Shown here piece after piece: positions 11,747-21,716 of a DNA stretch of 64,000 nt (the stretch's first letter is position 1; each line of letters begins with the position of its first letter). Source of the DNA: Escherichia coli. Lineage in GTDB: Bacteria; Pseudomonadota; Gammaproteobacteria; Enterobacterales; Enterobacteriaceae. The DNA is taken from NCBI RefSeq assembly GCF_013122565.1, contig NZ_CP053258.1; one strand, written 5' to 3'. Position numbers and translations under genes: made by a program. The notes under the pieces were generated by a model, which searched no databases, was not told the origin of the DNA, and worked only from the letters and a program-made list of their open reading frames with translations.

Positions 11747-12208
11747 TTAGCGAACTAATTTTGCTCTTAGCTCGTCGGCTTCTTCTTTTGGATAGGTGAC
11801 CAATAAAGGATCAATGGTATAACCGCCGTAAATTTTATCCCCGCGCGTATACATCCAGTCTGAAATATCTTCTTTCTTGATTTTCCACTCCTGGCCATAT
11901 TCTACGTTTGTAACAATACCAGGGTCATTGCTGATTACGCCAATAAACATGCCGTTAGAATAAGTGACATCCGTAAGCCAGAAATGCTCGGTTCTTCCGT
12001 GATCGGTTATCGGGGCTTTGACTGCGAAAGTATCGGCATCTTTTTTATTCATAACCTCGATGAATTTATCGGTTTCTTTCCGCGCATGTTTAATCGCGTC
12101 AGACATCGCTTGTTTATCATAACCTCCTGTCACTAACGTATCCGAAACTTCACAATAGCCTGCGGTAGTAAAACATAGCAGGCTCAACATGAGTAATATC
12201 TTTTTCAT
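11747..12208 (-). CDS. yegJ: Secreted/periplasmic protein YegJ, unknown function (153 aa)
   Basis: 153-aa ORF with an N-terminal signal peptide (MKKILLMLSLLCFTTAGYC); position between yegK and yegI. Confidence 0.75.
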   Translation of the reverse strand: MKKILLMLSLLCFTTAGYCEVSDTLVTGGYDKQAMSDAIKHARKETDKFIEVMNKKDADTFAVKAPITDHGRTEHFWLTDVTYSNGMFIGVISNDPGIVTNVEYGQEWKIKKEDISDWMYTRGDKIYGGYTIDPLLVTYPKEEADELRAKLVR

Positions 12209-12405
12209 TTTTTCTCCAGAATCTCTGTGTAGTAAAAGTTAGCAAAACCTGTGGAAGTTAATCATTATCAGGTTGGAATTGAATTGTATCCTGATGAAAT
12301 TACATTATCATTTTTATTCTTGAGTGGGCTCTTCCCATATAGAAATAATTATAATGGGCAGTGTTATTATTCATTGAAATATAATATTACTGCCCTTGAA
12401 ACATT

Positions 12406-14352
12406 ATGAAGACAAATATAAAAGTATTTACATCAACAGGTGAAATGACCACTCTCGGTCTTGAACTGGGCAAAGGTGGCGAAGGTGCGGTTTATGATAT
12501 CGAGGAGTTTGTCGATAGCGTCGCTAAGATTTATCACACGCCGCCACCCGCCTTAAAACAGGACAAACTTGCCTTTATGGCTGCGACAGCTGACGCGCAG
12601 TTGTTGAATTATGTCGCCTGGCCGCAGGCAACGCTTCACGGTGGACGAGGCGGAAAAGTTATCGGTTTTATGATGCCAAAAGTTTCTGGTAAAGAACCGA
12701 TTCATATGATCTATAGCCCGGCACATCGTCGCCAGAGTTACCCTCATTGTGCGTGGGATTTTCTACTCTATGTTGCGCGCAATATTGCTTCATCTTTTGC
12801 TACGATTCACGAGCACGGGCACGTCGTGGGTGACGTAAACCAGAACAGCTTTATGGTAGGTCGCGACAGCAAAGTGGTGTTGATTGATAGCGACTCCTTT
12901 CAGATTAATGCCAATGGCACGCTGCATTTATGCGAAGTCGGCGTGTCGCATTTTACGCCGCCAGAGCTACAAACCTTGCCATCATTTGTCGGCTTTGAAC
13001 GCACCGCGAATCACGATAATTTTGGCCTTGCGTTGCTGATTTTTCACGTCTTGTTTGGTGGGCGGCATCCTTATTCTGGTGTGCCGCTTATCTCTGATGC
13101 GGGGAATGCGCTGGAGACGGATATTGCCCATTTCCGTTATGCCTACGCGTCAGATAATCAGCGACGTGGTTTAAAACCGCCGCCACGATCGATTCCGCTG
13201 TCGATGTTACCGGGCGATGTTGAAGCCATGTTTCAGCAGGCATTCACGGAAAGTGGCGTGGCAACCGCGCGTCCGACGGCAAAAGCGTGGGTAGCGGCAC
13301 TTGATTTACTACGCCAACAGTTAAAGAAATGTACCGTTTCGGCAATGCATGTTTACCCCGGTCATTTGACTGACTGCCCGTGGTGTGCGCTGGATAATCA
13401 AGGCGTTATCTATTTTATTGATCTCGGCGAAGAGGTCATTACCACCAGTGGTGATTTTGTGCTGGCGAAAGTCTGGGCGATGGTGATGGCGTCAGTAGCA
13501 CCGCCAGCATTGCAATTGCCATTACCCGATCATTTCCAACCGACTGGCCGGCCGCTTCCTTTAGGCCTGTTACGGCGCGAATACATCATTCTGATTGAGA
13601 TCGCACTGTCAGTGTTATCGCTGTTGCTTTGCGGCCTTCAGGCAGAACCGCGTTATATTATTTTGGTTCCTGTGCTGGCGGCTATCTGGATTATTGGCAG
13701 CCTGACAAGCAAAGCGTACAAAGCAGAAGTCCAGCGACGAAGAGAGGCTTTTAATCGCGCGAAAATGGACTATGATCATTTAGTCAGCCAGATCCAACAA
13801 TTGGGCGGGCTGGAAGGTTTTATCGCCAAACGGGCGATGCTCGAAAAAATGAAGGACGAAATTCTCGGGTTACCGGAAGAAGAGAAACGCGCTCTGGCAG
13901 CACTTCATGACACTGCAAGGGAACGGCAGAAGCAGAAGTTTCTGGAGGGATTTTTTATTGATGTTGCCTCTATTCCCGGCGTTGGCCCTGCGCGTAAAGC
14001 GGCGTTACGGTCCTTTGGTATTGAAACAGCAGCGGATGTTACCCGTCGTGTCGTTAAGCAAGTGAAAGGGTTTGGTGATCATCTGACCCAGGCAGTTATC
14101 GACTGGAAAGCAAGTTGCGAACGCCGTTTTGTGTTCAGGCCGAATGAAGTGGTAACGCCAGCAGACAGACAAGCGGTAATGGCGAAAATGACCGCCAAAC
14201 GACATCGGCTGGAATCGGCGTTGACTGTCGGCGCGACAGAGTTGCAGCGATTCCGCCTTCATGCTCCAGCACGGACCATGCCGTTGATGGAACCTTTACG
14301 TCAGGCGGCAGAAAAACTGGCTCAGGCGCAGGCAGATTTAAGCCGCTGCTGA
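12406..14352 (+). CDS. yegI: Protein-kinase-like protein YegI (648 aa)
   Basis: 648-aa ORF; N-terminal region has glycine-rich GLELGKGGEGAVY and catalytic-loop-like HGHVVGDVNQNSFMV...IDSDSF motifs; central hydrophobic segment; C-terminal coiled-coil-like region. Confidence 0.8.
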   Translation: MKTNIKVFTSTGEMTTLGLELGKGGEGAVYDIEEFVDSVAKIYHTPPPALKQDKLAFMAATADAQLLNYVAWPQATLHGGRGGKVIGFMMPKVSGKEPIHMIYSPAHRRQSYPHCAWDFLLYVARNIASSFATIHEHGHVVGDVNQNSFMVGRDSKVVLIDSDSFQINANGTLHLCEVGVSHFTPPELQTLPSFVGFERTANHDNFGLALLIFHVLFGGRHPYSGVPLISDAGNALETDIAHFRYAYASDNQRRGLKPPPRSIPLSMLPGDVEAMFQQAFTESGVATARPTAKAWVAALDLLRQQLKKCTVSAMHVYPGHLTDCPWCALDNQGVIYFIDLGEEVITTSGDFVLAKVWAMVMASVAPPALQLPLPDHFQPTGRPLPLGLLRREYIILIEIALSVLSLLLCGLQAEPRYIILVPVLAAIWIIGSLTSKAYKAEVQRRREAFNRAKMDYDHLVSQIQQLGGLEGFIAKRAMLEKMKDEILGLPEEEKRALAALHDTARERQKQKFLEGFFIDVASIPGVGPARKAALRSFGIETAADVTRRVVKQVKGFGDHLTQAVIDWKASCERRFVFRPNEVVTPADRQAVMAKMTAKRHRLESALTVGATELQRFRLHAPARTMPLMEPLRQAAEKLAQAQADLSRC

Positions 14353-14364
14353 GCCATTTTTCAA

Positions 14365-15717
14365 TTAACGAAACACCACTTCCGCCCAGCGTGCCAGCCC
14401 GGCGGTGACGGAGCCAAAGTCATCGCCGCCTGCAATCGGAATGCCCGGCAACTGTTCTGCCAGCGCTTTTTTAATCAGCGGAGAACGGGCGCTACCGCCG
14501 GTCAGGTATATAACGTCCGGTTTTTCCTGGGCGTTATCCAGGGCCAGTTGCACCTGTTCCAGAATCCGCGCCAGTGGCTGGCTGAGGGCGCTTTCCAGCC
14601 CTTGCTGGCTAATCAGCGTAGCCAGTTCATCGCTAATAAACGGCAGTGAGGCGCGGGTTTCCGCAGTGCTGGAAAGAGCAATTTTGCTCTCTTCTGCGCT
14701 ACGCACCAGGCGATAGCTTAAACGCTGACGCCAGACTTTCTGTAGCAGGGCCACTTTTTCCGGTTCGCGGGCATCGCGTACCAGATCGTTAAGCAGACGA
14801 CCGTTGGCACTACTGTAGAAATCACTCTGCGCAGGAACGTCGTTGATGGCAACCGCATTCCACCACGGCAGAATCGGCAGGGCGATGCCTTTTTCGGTTT
14901 CGCCACCCATGCCCAGTAACGGCATCAGGTTTTTAAACGCCAGCGCGATATCCAGATCGTTACCGCCAATACGGCAACCACTGTGACCGAGCAGGCTGGC
15001 TTCACGATCGAGACGCGAACGCCACTGCGGCCCCATCAGCAGCAATGAACAGTCAGTCGTACCACCGCCGATATCCACCACCAGCACCCGTTTTTCTTCC
15101 TGCAAGGTGGCCTCGTAATCCAGCCCAGCTGCTACCGGCTCGTACTGGAATACCACATCCTTAAACCCGGCACGCTTTGCCGCGCGTTCCAGAATTCCTT
15201 GCGCCTGAGCGTTTGCTTCATCACCCCCCAGCCCCTGGAAGTTGATCGGGCGACCAATCACCGCCTGAGTAATCGCTTCTGGCAGCTGCGCCTGCGCCTG
15301 CTGGCGAATGTGCAACATCATTGCGCAGACCAGATCCTCAAACAGCGCTACCTGCTGCGGTTTTAAGCCGCTGGCACCGAGGAACGATTTTGGTGATTTC
15401 ACAAACCACACTTCTTCTGGATCATCAATGTACTGTGCCAGTGAGGAAAGACCGAACTGCACGCTTTTCGCCGTAACATCGATATCTTCTTCGCGGTTAT
15501 AACGAATCGCCCGACGTAACAGCGCCTGCGTTTCATCGTCGTCTGCCGGAACATCATGATGGCGGTACAGCCATTCGCTTACCGCTTCACGCGTTGGCGC
15601 GCAAAGCATTGAAGGCAGCAGCGTGCTGTCGTTTTCCATTTTTAGCAAGTGCGGTTTACCGTCACGCATGACCGCCACTGAACAGTTTGCTGTACCGTAA
15701 TCAAAACCAATAAACAC
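14365..15717 (-). CDS. yegD: Hsp70-family (actin-like ATPase) protein YegD, 450 aa
   Basis: Track ORF is 471 aa from an upstream ATG; I place the start at the GTG at 15717 (V/M-FIGFDYGTANCSVAVM...), which gives the typical Hsp70 N-terminus and 450 aa. Confidence 0.75.
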   Translation of the reverse strand: MFIGFDYGTANCSVAVMRDGKPHLLKMENDSTLLPSMLCAPTREAVSEWLYRHHDVPADDDETQALLRRAIRYNREEDIDVTAKSVQFGLSSLAQYIDDPEEVWFVKSPKSFLGASGLKPQQVALFEDLVCAMMLHIRQQAQAQLPEAITQAVIGRPINFQGLGGDEANAQAQGILERAAKRAGFKDVVFQYEPVAAGLDYEATLQEEKRVLVVDIGGGTTDCSLLLMGPQWRSRLDREASLLGHSGCRIGGNDLDIALAFKNLMPLLGMGGETEKGIALPILPWWNAVAINDVPAQSDFYSSANGRLLNDLVRDAREPEKVALLQKVWRQRLSYRLVRSAEESKIALSSTAETRASLPFISDELATLISQQGLESALSQPLARILEQVQLALDNAQEKPDVIYLTGGSARSPLIKKALAEQLPGIPIAGGDDFGSVTAGLARWAEVVFR

Positions 15718-15790
15718 GAAATAATCCCCATGCCGGTGAAGAAGGGGCGTGACTTTAGCGAAATGTTGCCGTCGCGACAACCGGAATATG

Positions 15791-15798
15791 AAAGCAAA
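15791..15798 (+). promoter_or_regulatory. Ada box (AAAGCAAA) in the alkA promoter
   Basis: AAAGCAAA lies about 20 nt upstream of a TATGCT -10-like hexamer and 53 nt upstream of the alkA ATG, consistent with the known Ada-activated alkA promoter layout. Confidence 0.55.
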
Positions 15799-15850
15799 GC
15801 GTAGCGTCTGAATAACGTTTATGCTGAAAGCGGATTAACGAGGAGATGCG

Positions 15851-16708
15851 ATGTATACCCTGAACTGGCAGCCGCCGTATGACTGGTCGTGGATGTTGGG
15901 ATTTCTCGCCGCCCGTGCGGTGAACGGTGTGGAAACGGTCGCTGACGATTATTATGCCCGTAGTCTGACGGTGGGCGAATATCGCGGCGTGGTGACTGCT
16001 ATTCCGGATATAGCCCGCCATACTCTGCACATAAATTTAAGTGCAGGTTTAGAACCCGTTGCCGCAGAGTGTCTGGCGAAAATGAGCCGCCTGTTTGATC
16101 TGCAATGTGACCCGCAGATTGTTAACGGTGCGTTGGGAAAGTTAGGCGCGGGGCGGCCCGGATTGCGTTTACCCGGCAGTGTTGATGCTTTTGAGCAGGG
16201 CGTGCGGGCGATTTTAGGCCAACTGGTGAGCGTGGCGATGGCGGCAAAATTGACCGCCAAAGTGGTACAGCTTTATGGCGAAAGGCTGGATGATTTTCCG
16301 GATTATGTCTGCTTCCCGACGCCTCATCGGCTGGCTGCAGCCGACCCGCAGGCATTAAAAGCGTTAGGTATGCCGTTGAAACGGGCAGAGGCGCTGATTC
16401 ATCTGGCAAATGCGGCGCTGGAGGGCACCTTACCAATGACAATACCGGGCGACGTAGAACAAGCGATGAAAACGCTGCAAACTTTTCCGGGTATCGGGCG
16501 CTGGACGGCGAATTATTTTGCTTTGCGTGGCTGGCAGGCGAAAGATGTTTTCCTGCCGGATGATTATCTGATTAAACAGCGATTTCCGGGTATGACACCG
16601 GCACAAATCCGCCGTTATGCCGAACGCTGGAAGCCCTGGCGTTCTTATGCGCTGTTGCATATCTGGTATACGGAAGGCTGGCAACCAGACGGAACGGACA
16701 AATTGTAG
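15851..16708 (+). CDS. alkA: 3-methyladenine DNA glycosylase II AlkA (285 aa ORF)
   Basis: ORF begins MYTLNWQPPYDWSWMLGFLAARAV... and contains an HhH glycosylase region; size and neighbours fit alkA. Confidence 0.9.
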   Translation: MYTLNWQPPYDWSWMLGFLAARAVNGVETVADDYYARSLTVGEYRGVVTAIPDIARHTLHINLSAGLEPVAAECLAKMSRLFDLQCDPQIVNGALGKLGAGRPGLRLPGSVDAFEQGVRAILGQLVSVAMAAKLTAKVVQLYGERLDDFPDYVCFPTPHRLAAADPQALKALGMPLKRAEALIHLANAALEGTLPMTIPGDVEQAMKTLQTFPGIGRWTANYFALRGWQAKDVFLPDDYLIKQRFPGMTPAQIRRYAERWKPWRSYALLHIWYTEGWQPDGTDKL

Positions 16709-16709
16709 G

Positions 16710-16730
16710 CCTGATACGTCGTATCAGGCG
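16710..16730. terminator. Palindromic hairpin between the convergent genes alkA and dgcE
   Basis: GCCTGATACG/CGTATCAGGC is a perfect 10-bp inverted repeat immediately after the alkA stop; REP-like and likely a bidirectional terminator. Confidence 0.45.
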
Positions 16731-16745
16731 ATGGAGAAGCACGCC

Positions 16746-19700
16746 TCAGTTAATCGCGAAATAACTACTATTCACCAGCAAATCCAGCGGTTGGGCACCG
16801 GCAATCACATCACCATAAATCAGATCGAGGCCGATGCCAGAAAGCGTATCCATCACTAAGGGTAAAACGACTGGCCCGGCGATGGTTTTCATCCCGAGTC
16901 GCTGAGCGTGCCCCTGAATAATCGTAATCAGCATCTCATCCATCAAATTACCCTGCACGTTGGCGCATAACTCACCATCAAGTAGCAGGTAATCTGCCAT
17001 ATTCGCTTTCAGCGAGTTGAAGATTTGCAGATCGCGGCCCACCTGGCTGAGCACTATCCGACATCCCGCCAGCCGCAGTTTTTGCACGCTTTCTGCGTGA
17101 TCTAAAATCGCTTCAGCCGGAATAATCAGATGTAATAACCGTGGTGGTAGAGGGCTATTTTCCAGCTGCTCAAGCAGATCATTCACCAGCGTGGCGCTAC
17201 TCAAACCGGCAACGGAAAGGGGGAGGGCGATGCTTATGCCTTTACTGGCAACCGCTTTTGCGGCCTGCTGGAAAAATTCGTGGAATACCCGGCGGTCAAG
17301 AGCATGGCTAAGCGCCGGATCGCTGAAGCTACGACGAAATGTTTGTTCATCAATAATCTCGCCTTCGCAACTCCAGAGCTTAAGTGAAATCAGCCACAAA
17401 TTACGCGCTTCCGGGATCCGTGGCGAAGCGACACCGTGGGCGAGCATCATCAACTGATTCTCTTTAATCATCCGCCACTGTTCATCAAGCGACATCGCCG
17501 CCCGTTCGCTATGTGCGGCAGCTTGCTGCGGTTCGTACATCGTCACCCGGCCCCGGCCACCATTTTTGGAGGCATAACAGGCGATATCAGCCTGCGACAT
17601 CACTTCTGCCGCCTGATGATTGTTGTCATCAATCAAGGTAATCCCGGCACTGGCACCTACCCGATGCACACGGCCTTCCCATATAAAGTGATAGTCATTC
17701 ACGGCACTGATAATGCGTGTAGCGATAAAACGCGCGCTTTCAACATTACAGTCTGGCAGCAGCAGACCAAATTCATCACCACCGAGTCGCGCCAGCACGT
17801 CGCTGGAGCGCAGCATACTCAGCATCAACGACGCCAGTTCTCGCAGCAAAGCGTCGCCCGCCGCATGCCCGGCGCTGTCATTCACCGCTTTAAAGCGATC
17901 AAGATCGATAAACACCAGGGCATGTCGCTGATGTGTACTGTTTACCGTTTGCAGCAGGATACGCAGTTGCTTCTCAAAACTGGCGCGATTGGCGAGATGC
18001 GTCAGTGCATCATGGGAGGCGCTGTAGCTCAGCTGGCGCAGCATTTTGCGTGATTCGGTAACGTCCTGAATCACCAGTACCGAGCCTATATTGCTGCCGT
18101 CCAGAGTACTTAACGGCGTAATACTGTAATGCACGTCGTAGCTACCGCCGCTCCGGCAGTGCAACACCACATCTTGTTCAATCGCGGAACGTGAGGTGTC
18201 GGCACTGTAAATGTTCTCCATTAATGGTCCGTTGTCGCCAAAAGTAATATGCAACACCGTCAGGAGCGGAACACCTAATGCTTCTTCCTGCGTCCAGCCG
18301 CTCATCTTCTCCGCCACTGGATTCATAAAGGTAATTTTCATCGCCATATCAATACAGACCACGGCTTCACCGATGGAGTCCAGCGTAATGTGCAGGCGTT
18401 CTTTTTCCTGAAACAATGCCTCGTTAAGCTGTTTAACTTCGGTCATATCCATATTAATGCCGAGCAGGCGTTCGACTTCGCCTTCTTTATTCAATACCCG
18501 GTTGGCGAGGGCGCGGATATGGCGAATACCGTCTTTCACGGTAATGCGAAATTCCAGTTTAAAGGGCGAGCGTGATTGCAACGAATCACGAATTACTTTT
18601 TCGGCATGCTGGCGATCTTCCGGCAGCACACACTCGTACCACACCTGCCAGTTCGGTTTGATATGCGGAGGAATTTCATACAGCTCGAACATCCGCTTAT
18701 CCCAACTGAAAATATCCGGCTTCAGCTCCCATTCCCAGATACCAATCCCGCCCGCTTCGTTAGCCAGCGTGATGCGCTCCATCAGTTGCTGATTGACCTG
18801 TTCGGTGCGTTTTAGTTCGTTAATGTCTTCAATCTGAGCGATAAAATAGAGCGGCGTGCCATCCGTGTGGCGCACCAGTGAGACGGCAAGCAACGCCCAG
18901 ACAACATCGCCATTGCGGTTGTAGTAACGTTTTTCCATTGAATAGGTGTTTATTTCACCGCTTATCAGCTTTTCAACCTGTTGGAGATCTTTATTGAGAT
19001 CCTCCGGCCAGGTCAGTTGCTGAAAGGTGAGTCCGCGCAGCTCTTCCTGACTGTAACCGAGAAACTGGCAGAGTGCTTTGTTGGATTGCAGCCATTGTCC
19101 CTCGGTGCCCACTAACGCCATGCCGATAGCGGAATATTCCATCGCGTTCCGAAAGCGGGTTTCGCTTTCGGAAATGTGTTTGCGTTCCGCACGAAAGGCA
19201 TACATCACCATGGTCATGATGTTGGCGGGCAGCAGGATCAGCAAAAACGGTAGCCACGGCATATGGCTCATTAGGTATGTACGCGGCGTAGCAAGCAGGG
19301 AGGGATCCGCGGCCATCATCAGCGACACCATCATCACCGTGGTAAGGAAGATCAAAAAGGCTTCCATTCGTGGCAGGCGCACGGCGCTCCACATCAACAG
19401 CACAATAATGAAAGTAAAAGGCCACGGCAGATACAGCATCGAAAGCCAGCTTAACGTCAGTGTGATGGCTAACGTGAGCAGCGACTCAAAAAGCAACCTT
19501 GGGTTGCGATGGCGCAGCAGATAGTGTGGTTTAAATAACAATCCCAGCGGCACCAGTGCCAGAGCGCCGATGGATTCTGACAGTACCCATATCAAAAATG
19601 CCCTGAGAGGATCGTCTCCGGGCGTCAGCAGGACAACCAGAACACCCCCCAACAGAGGCGGAACAATGGCGCTGCCGAGTGCCAGACGCAGCCAGTCAGC

Positions 19701-20063
19701 CAGATTTTGCAAGGGGTTATACCACGGCAGCAATTTACGTAGTAGCACTGCCCCGACCACGGCTTCAACAATATTGATGGTCGTCCAGGTCATGTTCAGC
19801 GAGCTGGTGGAAAAAAGCAGGATGGATGCGGCGATATTTCCCAGCGAACAGCTCAGCGCAATTCCCGGCCACATGCGCCCGGCATGGCGATAAAACGCCA
19901 CCATCATGATGGACGTCGGGAACCACAGTGGGGCGAGTTGGGTGCCAAACTGCGAAAGCTCAAGCGAGAAAAGGGTGAAGATAAACGAGACTAAACCTAA
20001 ACTGACCAGGTGAAGCAGCGGGTGGGGCAGGGCAATTAATACATGCTGTGATTGTTTGCTCAT
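16746..20063 (-). CDS. dgcE: Diguanylate cyclase DgcE (YegE), multi-domain membrane protein (1105 aa)
   Basis: 1105-aa ORF with an N-terminal multi-TM region, PAS-like repeats, a GGDEF-type motif (RLGGDEFGLLL) and a C-terminal EAL-like region. Confidence 0.85.
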   Translation of the reverse strand: MSKQSQHVLIALPHPLLHLVSLGLVSFIFTLFSLELSQFGTQLAPLWFPTSIMMVAFYRHAGRMWPGIALSCSLGNIAASILLFSTSSLNMTWTTINIVEAVVGAVLLRKLLPWYNPLQNLADWLRLALGSAIVPPLLGGVLVVLLTPGDDPLRAFLIWVLSESIGALALVPLGLLFKPHYLLRHRNPRLLFESLLTLAITLTLSWLSMLYLPWPFTFIIVLLMWSAVRLPRMEAFLIFLTTVMMVSLMMAADPSLLATPRTYLMSHMPWLPFLLILLPANIMTMVMYAFRAERKHISESETRFRNAMEYSAIGMALVGTEGQWLQSNKALCQFLGYSQEELRGLTFQQLTWPEDLNKDLQQVEKLISGEINTYSMEKRYYNRNGDVVWALLAVSLVRHTDGTPLYFIAQIEDINELKRTEQVNQQLMERITLANEAGGIGIWEWELKPDIFSWDKRMFELYEIPPHIKPNWQVWYECVLPEDRQHAEKVIRDSLQSRSPFKLEFRITVKDGIRHIRALANRVLNKEGEVERLLGINMDMTEVKQLNEALFQEKERLHITLDSIGEAVVCIDMAMKITFMNPVAEKMSGWTQEEALGVPLLTVLHITFGDNGPLMENIYSADTSRSAIEQDVVLHCRSGGSYDVHYSITPLSTLDGSNIGSVLVIQDVTESRKMLRQLSYSASHDALTHLANRASFEKQLRILLQTVNSTHQRHALVFIDLDRFKAVNDSAGHAAGDALLRELASLMLSMLRSSDVLARLGGDEFGLLLPDCNVESARFIATRIISAVNDYHFIWEGRVHRVGASAGITLIDDNNHQAAEVMSQADIACYASKNGGRGRVTMYEPQQAAAHSERAAMSLDEQWRMIKENQLMMLAHGVASPRIPEARNLWLISLKLWSCEGEIIDEQTFRRSFSDPALSHALDRRVFHEFFQQAAKAVASKGISIALPLSVAGLSSATLVNDLLEQLENSPLPPRLLHLIIPAEAILDHAESVQKLRLAGCRIVLSQVGRDLQIFNSLKANMADYLLLDGELCANVQGNLMDEMLITIIQGHAQRLGMKTIAGPVVLPLVMDTLSGIGLDLIYGDVIAGAQPLDLLVNSSYFAIN

Positions 20064-20380
20064 TACCGCTTTATCCGCAAGACCTGGTCGCCAGTATTCG
20101 TTTCTGTGTTTATGCTAGTACAAAAGTTTTACATTTTATATGCGAATTGCTCATAAAGTGACGTAAAGGCGGATAATTTGCGCAACTGCGTATAACATTT
20201 TTTACCTTGTATAAAACTGATCAACGTAATTTGCCACCGGGAATTCTTCGTCAACAATTAACTCTGAGCGCGCGGCAACGCTATTCGACTGGTATCAGGC
20301 GGATGAAATCCCTATAATTGCCGCGTTTGGCGCTTCGTCGCCCCCTTCCTAACATCCAGGTTAATCAGGTCGCTAAATAT

Positions 20381-21022
20381 ATGACTGATCAGTCTCATCA
20401 GTGCGTCATTATCGGTATCGCTGGCGCATCGGCTTCCGGCAAGAGTCTTATTGCCAGTACCCTTTATCGTGAATTACGTGAGCAAGTCGGTGATGAACAC
20501 ATCGGCGTAATTCCCGAAGACTGCTATTACAAAGATCAAAGCCATCTGTCGATGGAAGAACGCGTTAAGACCAACTACGACCATCCCAGCGCGATGGATC
20601 ACAGTCTGCTGCTTGAGCATTTACAAGCGTTGAAACGCGGCTCGGCAATTGACCTGCCGGTTTACAGCTATGTTGAACATACGCGTATGAAAGAAACGGT
20701 GACGGTTGAGCCGAAGAAGGTCATCATTCTCGAAGGCATTTTGTTGCTGACGGATGCGCGTTTGCGTGACGAACTTAACTTCTCCATTTTCGTTGATACC
20801 CCGCTGGATATCTGCCTGATGCGCCGCATCAAGCGTGACGTTAACGAGCGTGGGCGTTCAATGGATTCAGTGATGGCGCAATATCAAAAAACCGTGCGCC
20901 CGATGTTCCTGCAATTCATTGAGCCTTCTAAACAATATGCGGACATTATCGTGCCGCGCGGCGGGAAAAACCGCATCGCGATCGATATATTGAAAGCGAA
21001 AATAAGTCAGTTCTTTGAATAA
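20381..21022 (+). CDS. udk: Uridine/cytidine kinase Udk (213 aa)
   Basis: Track ORF is 234 aa; I place the start at the ATG at 20381 ([22 protein letters not shown]...), which contains a P-loop and gives 213 aa. Confidence 0.9.
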
Positions 21023-21113
21023 GCTTGATAAATTGTGTACCGTTCAGTGATAACCTGGTATGCCCTTGACGTAATTGGCGTTAAGGGAGTGATGCGCGAA
21101 AGGAGAAAATGCC

Positions 21114-21695
21114 ATGCGTCTGTGTGACCGAGATATTGAAGCCTGGCTTGATGAAGGCCGTTTGTCGATCAACCCACGTCCGCCAGTGGAGCGTATTAAC
21201 GGCGCGACGGTGGATGTACGCCTGGGCAATAAATTTCGTACCTTCCGTGGTCACACGGCAGCGTTTATCGATCTGAGCGGTCCCAAAGATGAAGTGAGCG
21301 CCGCGCTTGACCGCGTGATGAGCGATGAGATCGTTCTCGACGAGGGCGAGGCGTTCTATCTTCACCCAGGAGAGCTGGCGCTGGCGGTGACGCTGGAGTC
21401 GGTGACGCTGCCAGCCGATCTGGTGGGCTGGCTGGACGGGCGTTCCTCACTGGCGCGTCTGGGGCTGATGGTGCACGTCACCGCGCACCGCATCGATCCG
21501 GGCTGGTCTGGCTGCATTGTGCTGGAGTTCTACAACTCCGGTAAGCTGCCGCTGGCGCTACGTCCGGGCATGTTAATTGGTGCGCTGAGCTTTGAGCCGC
21601 TTTCCGGTCCGGCGGCGCGACCTTACAACCGCCGTGAAGATGCGAAATATCGCAACCAGCAGGGCGCGGTAGCCAGCCGAATCGATAAAGACTAA
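21114..21695 (+). CDS. dcd: dCTP deaminase Dcd (193 aa)
   Basis: 193-aa ORF beginning [19 protein letters not shown]...; size and position between udk and asmA. Confidence 0.9.
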
Positions 21696-21716
21696 TTCAG
21701 GCCCATTGAGGATACC

